Origin: an uncultured Planktotalea sp.
Lineage (GTDB): Bacteria; Pseudomonadota; Alphaproteobacteria; Rhodobacterales; Rhodobacteraceae
Reading direction: 5' to 3'
Length of the DNA stretch: 64,000 nucleotides
Assembly (NCBI GenBank): GCA_965367685.1
Contig: CBDUJY010000006.1
Span: 92,773-156,772, forward strand
Positions 8,610-18,599 of the stretch are shown in pieces. The notes beneath the pieces are model-generated. The model was given only the letters and a program-made list of their open reading frames with translations. It had not been told where the DNA came from and ran no database searches. Numbering within the stretch: position 1 is the stretch's first letter; the number at the start of each line of letters is the position of its first letter. A program made the translations under genes and the position numbers.

Positions 8610-10001
8610 ATGGATGTACTCTTTCTTTTCCTGATGGTGATTGGGTTTTTGATGCTCGGCGTGCCGATTGCGGTGTCGCTGGGGATGAGCTCGATCCTTT
8701 TTCTTTTGCTCTTTTCTGAAACCTCGCTGGCCTCGGTTGCGCAAAGTTTCTATCAGGCTCAGGCGGGTCACTATACCCTGCTGGCGATCCCGTTTTTCAT
8801 CCTTGCCTCAAGCTTTATGTCAACCGGCGGCGTGGCCCAGCGGATCATCCGCTTTTCCATCGCTTGCGTTGGGCATATGCGCGGCGGTCTGGCGATTGCG
8901 GGCGTCTTTGCCTGTATGCTGTTTGCCGCGCTGTCCGGATCAAGCCCGGCGACCGTTGTGGCGATCGGGACCATTGTGATCGCCGCCATGCAACAGGTTG
9001 GATACACGAAAGATTTCGCCGCGGGCGTGATCTGTAACGCAGGCACTTTGGGCATCCTTATCCCGCCGTCCATCGTGATGGTGGTTTACGCCTCGGCGGT
9101 CGAAGTGTCCGTGGGCCGGATGTTCCTTGCGGGCGTTATTCCGGGGCTTTTGGCCGGCATCATGCTGATGATCGCCATCTATGTGATCGCCACCATCCGC
9201 AACATGCCAAAAGGCGAGTTCGGCGGCTGGAAAGAGGTTCTTGCCAGTTTCTCAGATGCGGTCTGGGGGCTTTTGCTGATCGTGATCATCATGGTTGGCA
9301 TCTACGGCATCCCCGGCATCACCGGCGCGCTGTTCACCCCAACCGAGGCCGCCGCTGTGGCGTCTGTTTACGCCTTCCTTGTCGCCACCTTTATCTACCG
9401 CGATATGGGACCCTTGGCGGACAAAGGCGACGGTAAAAAGACGCTGTTGCAAAAGCCACAGGCGCTGATCACCGCATTTTTCCACGAAGACACCCGTAAG
9501 ACGCTGTTTGATGCGGGGAAACTGACCATCACGCTGATGTTCATCATCGCCAACGCACTGATCCTAAAGCATGTTTTGACGGATGAGCAGATCCCGCAAC
9601 AAATCGCAGGCGCGATGCTGTCGGCGGGCTTTGGCAAGATCATGTTCCTGATCATCGTGAACATCATCCTTCTGATTGGCGGTCAGTTCATGGAGCCTTC
9701 GGGCCTGATCGTGATCGTTGCCCCGCTGGTGTTCCCCATCGCGATTGAGCTGGGCGTGGATCCGATCCACCTTGGCATCATCATGGTGGTGAATATGGAG
9801 ATTGGCATGATCACCCCCCCCGTTGGCCTCAACCTCTTTGTGACCTCAGGGGTGGCCGGGATGCCGATGATGAAAGTGGTGAAAGCGGCGCTGCCGTTCC
9901 TCGCCGTGCTCTTCGTTTTCTTGATCATGGTGACCTATATTCCGTTCCTCTCAACTTGGTTGCCAACCACCTTGATGGGACCAGAGATCATCACGAAGTA
10001 G
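8610..10001 (+). CDS. dctM: TRAP transporter large permease, DctM family
   Basis: 463 aa polytopic membrane protein starting 4 nt after the dctQ stop. Confidence 0.92.
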   Translation: MDVLFLFLMVIGFLMLGVPIAVSLGMSSILFLLLFSETSLASVAQSFYQAQAGHYTLLAIPFFILASSFMSTGGVAQRIIRFSIACVGHMRGGLAIAGVFACMLFAALSGSSPATVVAIGTIVIAAMQQVGYTKDFAAGVICNAGTLGILIPPSIVMVVYASAVEVSVGRMFLAGVIPGLLAGIMLMIAIYVIATIRNMPKGEFGGWKEVLASFSDAVWGLLLIVIIMVGIYGIPGITGALFTPTEAAAVASVYAFLVATFIYRDMGPLADKGDGKKTLLQKPQALITAFFHEDTRKTLFDAGKLTITLMFIIANALILKHVLTDEQIPQQIAGAMLSAGFGKIMFLIIVNIILLIGGQFMEPSGLIVIVAPLVFPIAIELGVDPIHLGIIMVVNMEIGMITPPVGLNLFVTSGVAGMPMMKVVKAALPFLAVLFVFLIMVTYIPFLSTWLPTTLMGPEIITK

Positions 10002-10005
10002 AAAA

Positions 10006-10026
10006 GGCGGGGATCCTCTCCCCGCC
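10006..10026 (+). terminator. Weak stem-loop after dctM (GGCGGGGA-tcctc-TCCCCGCC)
   Basis: Perfect 8-bp GC stem 5 nt after the dctM stop. No clear T-tract follows. Confidence 0.4.
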
Positions 10027-10147
10027 GCACTCTCTACTTCAAAAGACGCAAACCTTAATGGGGGTCAGGGCTGGGATGTCCCGGCCCCCAATCACTTGTT
10101 ACAACCTAAATCCGTTCTACCGGGCAAAGGTTGAGAAATCGAAAATG

Positions 10148-10342
10148 TCACTGTTTCAATTTGCAGGTCTTGATGCCCAAAAGCGAATAGGCCGGGCAGC
10201 TGCCCATCAGACCCGTGGCCAAAGGCAAAATACCAATCAGCGCCCAAATCGGCCCGCCTGCAAAGGCGTACCAACCGATTAGGGCCAAACCTGCAACAAT
10301 GCGAAGGATACGGTCGATGGAACCAGCGTTTTTCTTAAACAT
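10148..10342 (-). CDS. DUF2892 (YgaP-like) small membrane protein
   Basis: Track ORF 10148..10399 trimmed to MFKKNAGSIDRILRIVAGLALIGW...GSCPAYSLLGIKTC, the typical DUF2892 ending. Confidence 0.75.
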   Translation of the reverse strand: MFKKNAGSIDRILRIVAGLALIGWYAFAGGPIWALIGILPLATGLMGSCPAYSLLGIKTCKLKQ

Positions 10343-10428
10343 GAGATTGTCCTTTCTGTCTGTTGCCCCCTTTGTAAAGGGGCGCGCGCAGAAAGGCATG
10401 TGACCCTGTCACACAGGATCGGAATTCT

Positions 10429-11094
10429 TTATGTCTTAAGCTCGGGACCGCGCCGCAAATCCTCAAGCTTTTTGGCATCTAGGATGATCACAACGCCGCG
10501 TTCATGCCCAACCAATCCCGCCTGCGCCATCTTTTCCAACCGCCGCGACACAACTTCGCGCGCGGTGCCAATGGCGGTGGCAATCTCGGCCTGGGTCATC
10601 TTCAGGCAATTGTCCGGCCCCGCGCGGTCCAGAATAAGGGCGGCCAATCGCGCCTCAACCGACATAAAGCTCACGTTCTCAATCAATTGCATCATCGCCT
10701 GCATTCGGTCGGCAAAAGCCCCAAACACCAAACGGCGAAACTTGGGCGAGCTGTCGATCAGCGCAAAAAACACGTCACGCGGGATCAACACCATCTTCGT
10801 GGGCGTCTCTGCCGTGGCTTCGCCAGTGTAATCCTCACCACCCAACAACCCCAATGTGGACTGAATACAGCTTTGTCCCGGCGCGACGCGGTAAAGCAGG
10901 ATGTCGCGCCCATTTGGCCCCACAAGGTTCACATCCACCTGTCCTGACAATACAAACACATAGCCCTTCACCGCGTCACCGGGGCAAAAAAGAACCGCCC
11001 CTTTGGGCACGGACATGGGCGACAACGTGTCAAGCAGCGCCCGCGCTGGCGCTTCCAGTTTGGCAATCTCGATTGTGTCTTGGGTCCAGCTCAT
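10429..11094 (-). CDS. Crp/Fnr family transcriptional regulator
   Basis: Trimmed to MSWTQDTIEI (GGAGG RBS upstream). cNMP-binding-like beta-roll (VLFCPGDAVKGYVFVLSGQV) and C-terminal HTH TQAEIATAIGTAREVVSRRLEKM. No FNR-type N-terminal Cys cluster. Confidence 0.88.
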   Translation of the reverse strand: MSWTQDTIEIAKLEAPARALLDTLSPMSVPKGAVLFCPGDAVKGYVFVLSGQVDVNLVGPNGRDILLYRVAPGQSCIQSTLGLLGGEDYTGEATAETPTKMVLIPRDVFFALIDSSPKFRRLVFGAFADRMQAMMQLIENVSFMSVEARLAALILDRAGPDNCLKMTQAEIATAIGTAREVVSRRLEKMAQAGLVGHERGVVIILDAKKLEDLRRGPELKT

Positions 11095-11107
11095 CAGGGG
11101 ATGCCTC

Positions 11108-11202
11108 CGGCGGGGATATTTAGGGCAAGAAAAAAGCAGGCACGCAGCGTTTCCTTTTTTCTTGCTGAAAATATCTCGGGGGTACAAGGGGGCAGCGCCC
11201 CC
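11108..11202. repeat. Dispersed intergenic repeat, copy B (full length)
   Basis: Arm GGGGATATTTAGGGCAAGAAAAAAG, loop, inverted arm CCTTTTTTCTTGCTGAAAATATCTCGGGGG, then hairpin GGGGGCAGCGCCCCC. Lies between the mmsB stop and the crp start. Confidence 0.8.
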
Positions 11203-11222
11203 TTGCTTGTGCTTGGCGCGGT

Positions 11223-12095
11223 TTAGCCGCGGCTGCGTTTTTCAAACCGGGGCAACATGGCTGAGAAATCCATGCCCAACCCGTCTTCATCCTCAACAAA
11301 ATCGGTGTACAGCTCGGTGGCGCGTTGCCCCATCGGCGTGTCCGCGTCCGCAGCCTCTGCCGCTTGTTGGCTCAGGCGTAAATCCTTCAGCATCAACTCT
11401 GCCGCAAAACCGGGTTTGTAATCGTTGTCAGCCGGCGAGGCAGGGCCCACACCCGGCGCCGGACAATAAGCGTTCATGGTCCAGCTGTAGCCAGATGAGG
11501 TCGATACAACGTCAAACATTTTCTGCCGGTCCAGACCCAATTTATCCGCCAAAGCAAAGGCTTCGCAGGTGCCCGCCATGGTGATGCCAAGGATCATATT
11601 GTTGCAGATCTTTGCCGCTTGGCCCGCACCGCTGTCCCCGCAATGCACCGCCTTTTGACCCATGATGTCAAAAAGGGGATCGGCCTTGGCGAACGCCTCA
11701 ACTGAGCCGCCCGCCATAAAGGTCAGTGTGCCACCAGCGGCCCCGCCGACGCCGCCAGACACCGGCGCATCGACCGCCAAAAGCCCCGCTGCCACAGCCT
11801 GATCCGCCACCACACGCGCGCTTTCCACATCGACGGTGGAGCAATCCACAAAAGCAGCACCCTTGTCCATCACCGGCACAATCTCATTTGCCACTGCGCG
11901 CAGGATATTGCCGTTGGGCAACATGGTCACAACCACATCCGCCCCCTTGGCGGCCGCGGCCCCTGTGTCGGCCATGCTCACGCCGTCAATGGCCACATCT
12001 GCCATGTCGAACCCCGTGACCTCATGCCCCGCTTTGGCAAGGTTTGCGGCCATCGGGCCACCCATATTCCCAAGTCCAATAAATCCGATTTTCAT
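11223..12095 (-). CDS. mmsB: 3-hydroxyisobutyrate dehydrogenase
   Basis: 290 aa. N-terminal MKIGFIGLGNMGGPMAANL Rossmann motif. Directly downstream of the hydrolase and acyl-CoA dehydrogenase genes of valine catabolism. Confidence 0.9.
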   Translation of the reverse strand: MKIGFIGLGNMGGPMAANLAKAGHEVTGFDMADVAIDGVSMADTGAAAAKGADVVVTMLPNGNILRAVANEIVPVMDKGAAFVDCSTVDVESARVVADQAVAAGLLAVDAPVSGGVGGAAGGTLTFMAGGSVEAFAKADPLFDIMGQKAVHCGDSGAGQAAKICNNMILGITMAGTCEAFALADKLGLDRQKMFDVVSTSSGYSWTMNAYCPAPGVGPASPADNDYKPGFAAELMLKDLRLSQQAAEAADADTPMGQRATELYTDFVEDEDGLGMDFSAMLPRFEKRSRG

Positions 12096-12107
12096 GGGGT
12101 TCTCTCC

Positions 12108-13136
12108 TTAAAAGCTCAGTTCGTTGTCGCCCAAGGGGGCAAGCATGTTGTCCACCGCATCAGGCGGCAAATTGTCCAGCGTGTGTTTCCAGTTTGGGCT
12201 GCGGTCTTTGTCGATCACCGCCGCCCGAATGCCTTCGATCAGGTCCGATTGCGCCAGCGCGCGATAGACAAACCGGTATTCCAGCGCCAATGCGGGGCGG
12301 ACGTGATTGTCGTCTTGCAAGCGGTGGATAATATCGACGGTGCAGGCCATCGACAGCGGCGAGTTCCGCGCCAGCAGCTCCAGCGTGTTGGTCGCAAACT
12401 GGCTGTCTTCTGCGCGCAATGAGGCGATGATGGCGGGCAGGCTCCTGCCACCAAAATGCGCATCAATCATCGGCTGCATGGCCGAGAGATTGCCGGGAAT
12501 GGGCGGGATTTCCGCCTCATGTATATGGCTCGGATCCCCGGTACGCTCCAGATCGGCAATCAACGCGGGCCACTGGGCTTGCGGGATCACATGGTCGGCA
12601 AAGCCCGCGTGAATGGCATCGCCCGGCGCCAGTCGCGCCCCGGTGATGCCGATGTATTCGCCCAGATGCCCGGGTGCTTGGGCCAGGATCAGCGACCCGC
12701 CCACATCCGGCACCAAGCCAATACCACATTCCGGCATCGCCATGCGGGACGAGCGCGCCATGACGCGGTGCGATCCGTGACAGCCAACGCCCACACCGCC
12801 GCCCATGGTGAAGCCCTGCATAAAGCTGACAATCGGCTTGGGGAATTCATAAAGCCGCGCGTTCATGCGGTATTCATCGCGCCAAAACGCTTGCGCGCGG
12901 CTGTGATCGCCGGATTTTCCGATGTCGTAAATCTCGCGAATATCACCGCCCGCACAAAACGCCCGATCCCCTTCGGCATCAATGATGATCAGGTGAACGT
13001 CGGGGTCATCGACCCATGCGATCAGGGCCGCATCAATTGCCAAACACATCTCATAGCTCAGCGCATTTAACGCCTCAGGGCGGGTCAGAGTGATCCGCCC
13101 CGCCTTGCCGGTTTTTCGAATAGAAATGTCCGCCAT
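12108..13136 (-). CDS. 3-hydroxyisobutyryl-CoA hydrolase (enoyl-CoA hydratase/isomerase superfamily)
   Basis: 342 aa. Crotonase fold motif RAFCAGGDI. Length and context (between the acyl-CoA dehydrogenase gene and mmsB) fit the hydrolase subfamily. Confidence 0.8.
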   Translation of the reverse strand: MADISIRKTGKAGRITLTRPEALNALSYEMCLAIDAALIAWVDDPDVHLIIIDAEGDRAFCAGGDIREIYDIGKSGDHSRAQAFWRDEYRMNARLYEFPKPIVSFMQGFTMGGGVGVGCHGSHRVMARSSRMAMPECGIGLVPDVGGSLILAQAPGHLGEYIGITGARLAPGDAIHAGFADHVIPQAQWPALIADLERTGDPSHIHEAEIPPIPGNLSAMQPMIDAHFGGRSLPAIIASLRAEDSQFATNTLELLARNSPLSMACTVDIIHRLQDDNHVRPALALEYRFVYRALAQSDLIEGIRAAVIDKDRSPNWKHTLDNLPPDAVDNMLAPLGDNELSF

Positions 13137-14287
13137 TAGCCGCGATCGCGTTCAGTCAACAGTTGGCGGGCAACGATCAAGCGCATGATTTCATTGGTGC
13201 CTTCCAGAATTTGGTGCACCCGCAAATCGCGTACAATCTTCTCGATGCCGTAATCTGACAGATAGCCGTATCCGCCGTGCAATTGCAGACATCCATTGGC
13301 TACATCAAAGGCCGCATCGGTGACCATCAGCTTGGACATGGCGCAAAACTTTGACGCGTCATGGGTTTTATTGTCAAGCTTCCACGCGGCTTGACGCAGG
13401 AAGGTCCGTGCCGCTTGCAGGCGGGTTTCATATTCCGCCAGACGGAATTGCAGCGCTTGGAATTGGTCGATGGTTTTGCCAAAGGCTTTGCGTTCGCCCA
13501 TGTATTGCAGGGTCAGGTCCAGCGCCTTTTGTGCGCCCCCTAATGCCCCTGCGGAAATGTTCAAACGTCCGCCATCAAGACCGGCCATTGCGTAAGAAAA
13601 GCCTTTGCCTTCCTCGCCCAAAAGGTTCTCGGCGGGCACCGCGCAATCGTCGAATTGAACCTGTGATGTGGGTTGGGCTTTCCAGCCCATCTTGCGTTCA
13701 TTGGCGCCAAAGCTCAGACCGGGCGTGCCATCTTCCACAACCAAGGTCGAAATCCCCTTGGGGCCGTCGTCGCCGGTGCGGCACATGGTGACGTACACAT
13801 CGGAATATCCGCCGCCCGAAATGAACGCTTTGTTGCCGTTCATCACATAGCCACCTTCGGTCTTTTCCGCGCGGGTCTTAAGGGCGGCAGCGTCCGATCC
13901 TGATCCGGGTTCAGTCAGGCAATAGGAGAAGATTTTCTCCATCGAGCACAGATCCGGCAGCCATTTCTGTTTGTCTTCTTCTTTGCCGAATTTATCAATC
14001 ATCCCGCCGCACATATTGTGGATCGACAGAAACGATCCAACGGCGGGGCAGGACATCGCCAGCGCTTCAAACACCAGTGTCGCATCCAGACGCGTCAGCC
14101 CAGATCCGCCATATTCTTCAGACACATACAGCCCGCCAAAGCCCAGTTCGGCCAGACCTTTCCACAGCTCTTTCGGGATTGTGCCTTCGGCCTCCCATTT
14201 CTCAGCGTAAGGGGCGATATTCTCTTCGCCAAAGCCTTTGGCCATATCAAAAATGAGGGTTTGTTCCTCGGAAAGCGCGAAATCCAT
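13136..14287 (-). CDS. Acyl-CoA dehydrogenase (probably isobutyryl-CoA dehydrogenase)
   Basis: Trimmed to MDFALSEEQTLIFDMAKGF with a GGGAGAAG RBS. C-terminal YEGTNEI-like motif (ILEGTNEIMRLI). TAATG overlap with the next gene. Confidence 0.88.
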   Translation of the reverse strand: MDFALSEEQTLIFDMAKGFGEENIAPYAEKWEAEGTIPKELWKGLAELGFGGLYVSEEYGGSGLTRLDATLVFEALAMSCPAVGSFLSIHNMCGGMIDKFGKEEDKQKWLPDLCSMEKIFSYCLTEPGSGSDAAALKTRAEKTEGGYVMNGNKAFISGGGYSDVYVTMCRTGDDGPKGISTLVVEDGTPGLSFGANERKMGWKAQPTSQVQFDDCAVPAENLLGEEGKGFSYAMAGLDGGRLNISAGALGGAQKALDLTLQYMGERKAFGKTIDQFQALQFRLAEYETRLQAARTFLRQAAWKLDNKTHDASKFCAMSKLMVTDAAFDVANGCLQLHGGYGYLSDYGIEKIVRDLRVHQILEGTNEIMRLIVARQLLTERDRG

Positions 14288-14442
14288 GCTGTCTTCTCCC
14301 ATACATTTTTGGTCTGTCGCAAAATAGGTCTGTGACCTTGATACGGCGCAATTCTTACAGGAGTTTTTCAAGGGGGACAAAGGCGCGGGGCGAGGATGCG
14401 CATTTCCCCTACGTCACTTATCTAAGTCACGGGGGGAATGGC

Positions 14443-15576
14443 TTATAAATCCGCGTGATATTCCGCAATCAGGTGGCGCACCACGTCTTTTAACGCCTCA
14501 TTCACCGGCTTTTCGGCCGCAAGACTGTCCACATAGACCGCACGCTGCCGCTCAGATGAGGTGCCTTGGGTTAATATGTCCCGCGCGGTCGCAATCTCAG
14601 CGGTGGATCCCAAGGCGTCAGCGTCTTCTGCGATCAGGGCAAACATCTCGTCCAAGAGCTGATCAAAGGGGATGATTTCCCCCAATCCAAAGTCAATCAA
14701 CCCCGCCGTGGTGCCATAGCGTTGCGCGCGCCAGCGGTTTTCAGAAATCAGGAAATTGTCATAGGTGCGCCAGCGTTGGTTTTGCGCCTTTAACCGCCAC
14801 AACATCCGGGTCAGCGCCTGAATGAGCGCAGCCAGCGACAGGGTGTGTTCCAGCCGCGGCTGCACATCACAAATCCGCGCCTCAAGCGTGGGAAACCGGG
14901 CCGAGGGGCGCAAATCCCACCAGATCTTGGAACTGTCCTCAATCACGCCAATGTCCACCAGCGCCTGAACCGAGCGTTCATATTCCGACCACCCGCTTAG
15001 ATGCGGCGGCAAGCCGGTGCGGGGCAGATTGTCAAACACGGTCAGACGGTAACTGGCAAGCCCGGTGTCTTCGCCCTGCCAAAACGGCGAGCTGCTGGAA
15101 AGCGCCAGCAAATGCGGCAGAAAATAACGCAGTTGGTTCATCACATCAATGCGCGAGTCCGGGTTGGGCAGGCCCACATGCACATGCATTCCGCAAATCA
15201 ACATCCGCCGCACAACCCCCGCCAAATCCCGGCGCAGATCATTGTAACGGTCTTTGTCCACGTGGTGCTGATCTTTCCAATCCGCAAACGGATGACACGA
15301 GGCGGCGATGGGCGCGAGGTTATATTTCGCCGCATGTTTCGACACGCCCGCGCGCAGGCGCCTCAGGTCTTCGCGCGCCTCACCAACGCCTTTACAGACC
15401 TTGGTGCCGATCTCAATTTGGCACTGCAAAAACTCTGGGCTGACTTGATCCCCAAGTTCGGCCAAACAGTCTTGCATCATCTGATCCGGTGCGCGGGCCA
15501 GCTCAAGGCTGTCGCGATCCACCAATAGATACTCTTCTTCCACACCAATGGTGAACGGTGGTTCCTGTTGTGCCAT
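14443..15576 (-). CDS. ybdK: Carboxylate-amine ligase, YbdK / glutamate-cysteine ligase family 2
   Basis: Trimmed to [20 protein letters not shown], the typical family N-terminus. About 377 aa. Confidence 0.8.
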   Translation of the reverse strand: MAQQEPPFTIGVEEEYLLVDRDSLELARAPDQMMQDCLAELGDQVSPEFLQCQIEIGTKVCKGVGEAREDLRRLRAGVSKHAAKYNLAPIAASCHPFADWKDQHHVDKDRYNDLRRDLAGVVRRMLICGMHVHVGLPNPDSRIDVMNQLRYFLPHLLALSSSSPFWQGEDTGLASYRLTVFDNLPRTGLPPHLSGWSEYERSVQALVDIGVIEDSSKIWWDLRPSARFPTLEARICDVQPRLEHTLSLAALIQALTRMLWRLKAQNQRWRTYDNFLISENRWRAQRYGTTAGLIDFGLGEIIPFDQLLDEMFALIAEDADALGSTAEIATARDILTQGTSSERQRAVYVDSLAAEKPVNEALKDVVRHLIAEYHADL

Positions 15577-15796
15577 GTCTGCCCCCTTTTTTGCTGCGTT
15601 ACCCCGGAACACGCGCCACGAACCTTAACGGTTTCAGCTTTGCAGGAATTCGTAAAAGGGGCAAGCGATGGCGTGCGATGGGGGCGGGGCGGTGGATTTG
15701 TGGGGTTTCACCTATACGACCGCCGCGGAATGCCTTATCACAGGATTTTGTTGACCCAACGTCACTCTTTTTTGCCATCCCTAGTCGGAGCCGCCA

Positions 15797-16234
15797 ATGC
15801 CGCAGCGCGTGACCTATTATCCGGACCAACAGTTTATTTACGTTCAGATATGGGGCACAATTTCAGTGACGTTTTTGGCGGCGCGTATGGCGGAATGGAT
15901 GTATGAATTTTCGGTTCCAACCGGGTACAGCTGTTTGACCGACACCCGTGGGCTTGAGGCGGTGGATCGCCCGGCGGACGGCGTCAAAGAGCTGGTGAAT
16001 ATGCAGGCGCGGGTCTATCAAGACCTCCCACCACCCCAGCGCAGTGCCATTTTTGCGGCCAGCCCGGTGGGCTTTGTCCTTGGGCGCCTTTTTGAACAAA
16101 ACGCCCAGGATGTGCTTGCGCAAAAGGTTCAGGTGTTTCGGTCTGAACGCGAAGCTCTTGGCTTTATTGGTGTTACGGCAAACAGCGTCGACGACTATTT
16201 AGCATCTCTTCCAGTGGGGCGGACAGCGACCTGA
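15797..16234 (+). CDS. Hypothetical protein, paralog A (possible STAS/SpoIIAA-like fold)
   Basis: 145 aa with a GGAG RBS. By eye it aligns with the neighbouring minus-strand ORF: MPQRVTYYPDQQFIYV vs MPHGVFYPASKLIYL; GRLFEQNAQD vs CRMFEQIAQD; REALGFIG vs AEAMSFLG. Confidence 0.6.
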   Translation: MPQRVTYYPDQQFIYVQIWGTISVTFLAARMAEWMYEFSVPTGYSCLTDTRGLEAVDRPADGVKELVNMQARVYQDLPPPQRSAIFAASPVGFVLGRLFEQNAQDVLAQKVQVFRSEREALGFIGVTANSVDDYLASLPVGRTAT

Positions 16235-16727
16235 ACGGGGCACGTGTCGACCCGGCGGACTGCGGCGCCGCCGCGCCCCTTTGGGCGTCATCACGTTCTG
16301 TGTTCAGCGCGGTGATCAACATCGGAACCGTGGTTTCACGGCGGCCCAGAAACGACATCGCCTCGGCGGCGTCCCGGCTGACCAAAAACTCAGACGGCAG
16401 GCGATCTTGCGCAATTTGTTCAAACATCCGGCAGGTGCCAAACGCCAAGTCGCCGGGGGCCCAGAACGCATATTTACGTGGCATGGGGCGGGGCACAGGT
16501 TGCGCGCGATACAGCGCTTCTTTTGTGCTGACCAATGCCGAGATAGAGGCATAAGAGCTGTCGATGTCCGTGATCTCAGACAGGTCGATAAACGTGTCAA
16601 ATTCGCCACTGATCTGCAGCGTGTCGCGCAGCGTTGGCAGGATCTTTTTCAAACGCATGACATTCTGCGCCCCGTCAAGGCGCAGATAGATCAATTTACT
16701 TGCAGGATAGAATACACCGTGAGGCAT
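16173..16727 (-). CDS. Hypothetical protein, paralog B
   Basis: Track ORF 16173..16772. Start moved to MPHGVFYPASK by alignment with paralog A; no good SD for either start. The 3' end overlaps paralog A by 62 nt (convergent). Confidence 0.55.
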   Translation of the reverse strand: MPHGVFYPASKLIYLRLDGAQNVMRLKKILPTLRDTLQISGEFDTFIDLSEITDIDSSYASISALVSTKEALYRAQPVPRPMPRKYAFWAPGDLAFGTCRMFEQIAQDRLPSEFLVSRDAAEAMSFLGRRETTVPMLITALNTERDDAQRGAAAPQSAGSTRAPFRSLSAPLEEMLNSRRRCLP

Positions 16728-17023
16728 GGGAGGGGTCTCGTTACAAAGTACTACTTTAGGTTGCTTTATCATCCTAAAGGTTAGTTTTAACGCATGTCGA
16801 CTATATTCTTGATTTATATAGAAAGTTTATCATTTTAAATTGTAAATTGCAATTGAAAAGCGGCTTTATGAAAGCAAACCAGTGTGTTTGGGTCAAAAAT
16901 GGAACACTTTTAGGTTGTTTTTGATCCGTGTTGCACCTGTGCCGTGATGTCAGCCACGGCCCCAAACGCAAAACGCCCCACAGTGACCTGCGGGGCGTTG
17001 AATTTTTGGTATGCGAAAAGGGG

Positions 17024-18523
17024 TTAGTCCATCGCTTTGAAGTTGAACTCGCCACCTTCTTTAATGCCCGACGGCCAGCGCGAGGTCACGGTTTTGGTGC
17101 GGGTATAGAATTTAAACGCATCCGGGCCGTGTTGGTTCAGATCGCCAAAGCCCGACTTTTTCCAGCCGCCAAAGGTGTGATACGCCAAAGGCACAGGGAT
17201 GGGCACGTTGATGCCGACCATGCCGATGTTGATCCGGTTGGCAAAGTCCCGCGCGGTGTCGCCGTCACGGGTATAGATCGCGGTGCCGTTGCCGTATTCG
17301 TGATCCATCGCCATGGTGATCGCTTCTTCGTATGTTTCCGCGCGCACCATCGACAGAACCGGTCCAAAGATCTCTTGCTTATAGATGTCCATGTCGGTGG
17401 TCACATTGTCGAAAAGATGTGGCCCCACAAAGAACCCGTCTTCATAGCCCTGCAGGTTAAAGTCGCGGTTGTCCACAACCAGTTCCGCCCCTTGGTCCAC
17501 ACCGGTCTGGATCAGACGCAGGATGTTTTCTTTGGCCGCTTTGGTCACAACGGGGCCGTAATCCACGTCGTCGCCAGCGGTATAAGGCGCCACTTTCAGC
17601 TTCTCGATACGTGGGATCAGGCGTTCGCGCAGCGCATTTGCCGCCTCTTCGCCCACAGGAACCGCAACCGAGATCGCCATGCAGCGTTCGCCAGCCGCGC
17701 CAAAACCGGCCCCAATCAGCGCATCGGCCGCTTGGTCCATGTCCGCGTCGGGCATGATGATCATGTGGTTTTTCGCGCCACCAAAACACTGTGCGCGTTT
17801 GCCGTTGGCTGTGGCGCGTGAATAGATGTAATGCGCAATTGGGGTTGAGCCGACAAAGGCCACCGCTTGCACAGTTTCATTGTCAAGGATCGCATCCACA
17901 GCGTCTTTGTCACCGTTCACAACCTGCAACACACCATCAGGCAGACCAGCTTCTTTACAGAGGGCGGCCAGCATCAAAGGCACCGAAGGGTCACGCTCGG
18001 ACGGTTTCAGGATCATCGCGTTGCCGGACGCCAGCGCAGGGCCCATGCCCCACAGTGGGATCATCGCAGGGAAGTTGAACGGCGTGATCGAGGCCACAAC
18101 ACCCAACGGCTGTTTCATGGAATACATGTCGATGCCGGGGCCCGCGGAATCCGTGAACTCGCCCTTCAGCATTTGGGCGGCACCGATGCAATATTCTATG
18201 ACCTCAAGGCCACGCTGAACGTCACCTTTGGCGTCAGGAAAGGTTTTGCCGTGCTCGCGCGACAGCGCTTCGGCCAGCTTGTCCATGTCGCGGTTGATCA
18301 GGCCAACCAGGGCCATCATCACACGACCGCGTTTTTGCGGGTTGGTGGCACCCCAGGCTTTTTGCGCTTTGGCGGCGTCCACGACAGCGGCGTCCAATTC
18401 GGCTTTGGTGGCCAGGGCAACCTGTGCCTGCACTTCGCCGGTGGCGGGGTTGTAAACGTCAGCGGTGCGGTCTGATGAGCCGTCAACCAATTGACCATTG
18501 ATCCAGTGACCAAGTTTTTCCAT
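17024..18523 (-). CDS. mmsA: Methylmalonate-semialdehyde dehydrogenase (CoA-acylating)
   Basis: Trimmed to MEKLGHWINGQLVDG with a GGGAGAA RBS. About 499 aa of the aldehyde dehydrogenase family. Divergent LysR regulator adjacent. Confidence 0.9.
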   Translation of the reverse strand: MEKLGHWINGQLVDGSSDRTADVYNPATGEVQAQVALATKAELDAAVVDAAKAQKAWGATNPQKRGRVMMALVGLINRDMDKLAEALSREHGKTFPDAKGDVQRGLEVIEYCIGAAQMLKGEFTDSAGPGIDMYSMKQPLGVVASITPFNFPAMIPLWGMGPALASGNAMILKPSERDPSVPLMLAALCKEAGLPDGVLQVVNGDKDAVDAILDNETVQAVAFVGSTPIAHYIYSRATANGKRAQCFGGAKNHMIIMPDADMDQAADALIGAGFGAAGERCMAISVAVPVGEEAANALRERLIPRIEKLKVAPYTAGDDVDYGPVVTKAAKENILRLIQTGVDQGAELVVDNRDFNLQGYEDGFFVGPHLFDNVTTDMDIYKQEIFGPVLSMVRAETYEEAITMAMDHEYGNGTAIYTRDGDTARDFANRINIGMVGINVPIPVPLAYHTFGGWKKSGFGDLNQHGPDAFKFYTRTKTVTSRWPSGIKEGGEFNFKAMD

Positions 18524-18599
18524 GAGTGTTCTCCCAATAAATCTGGGGGCAAAATAGCCTTGCATTCGTGCAGTGAAAAGGGGCAGTTTCCCAAAAGGG

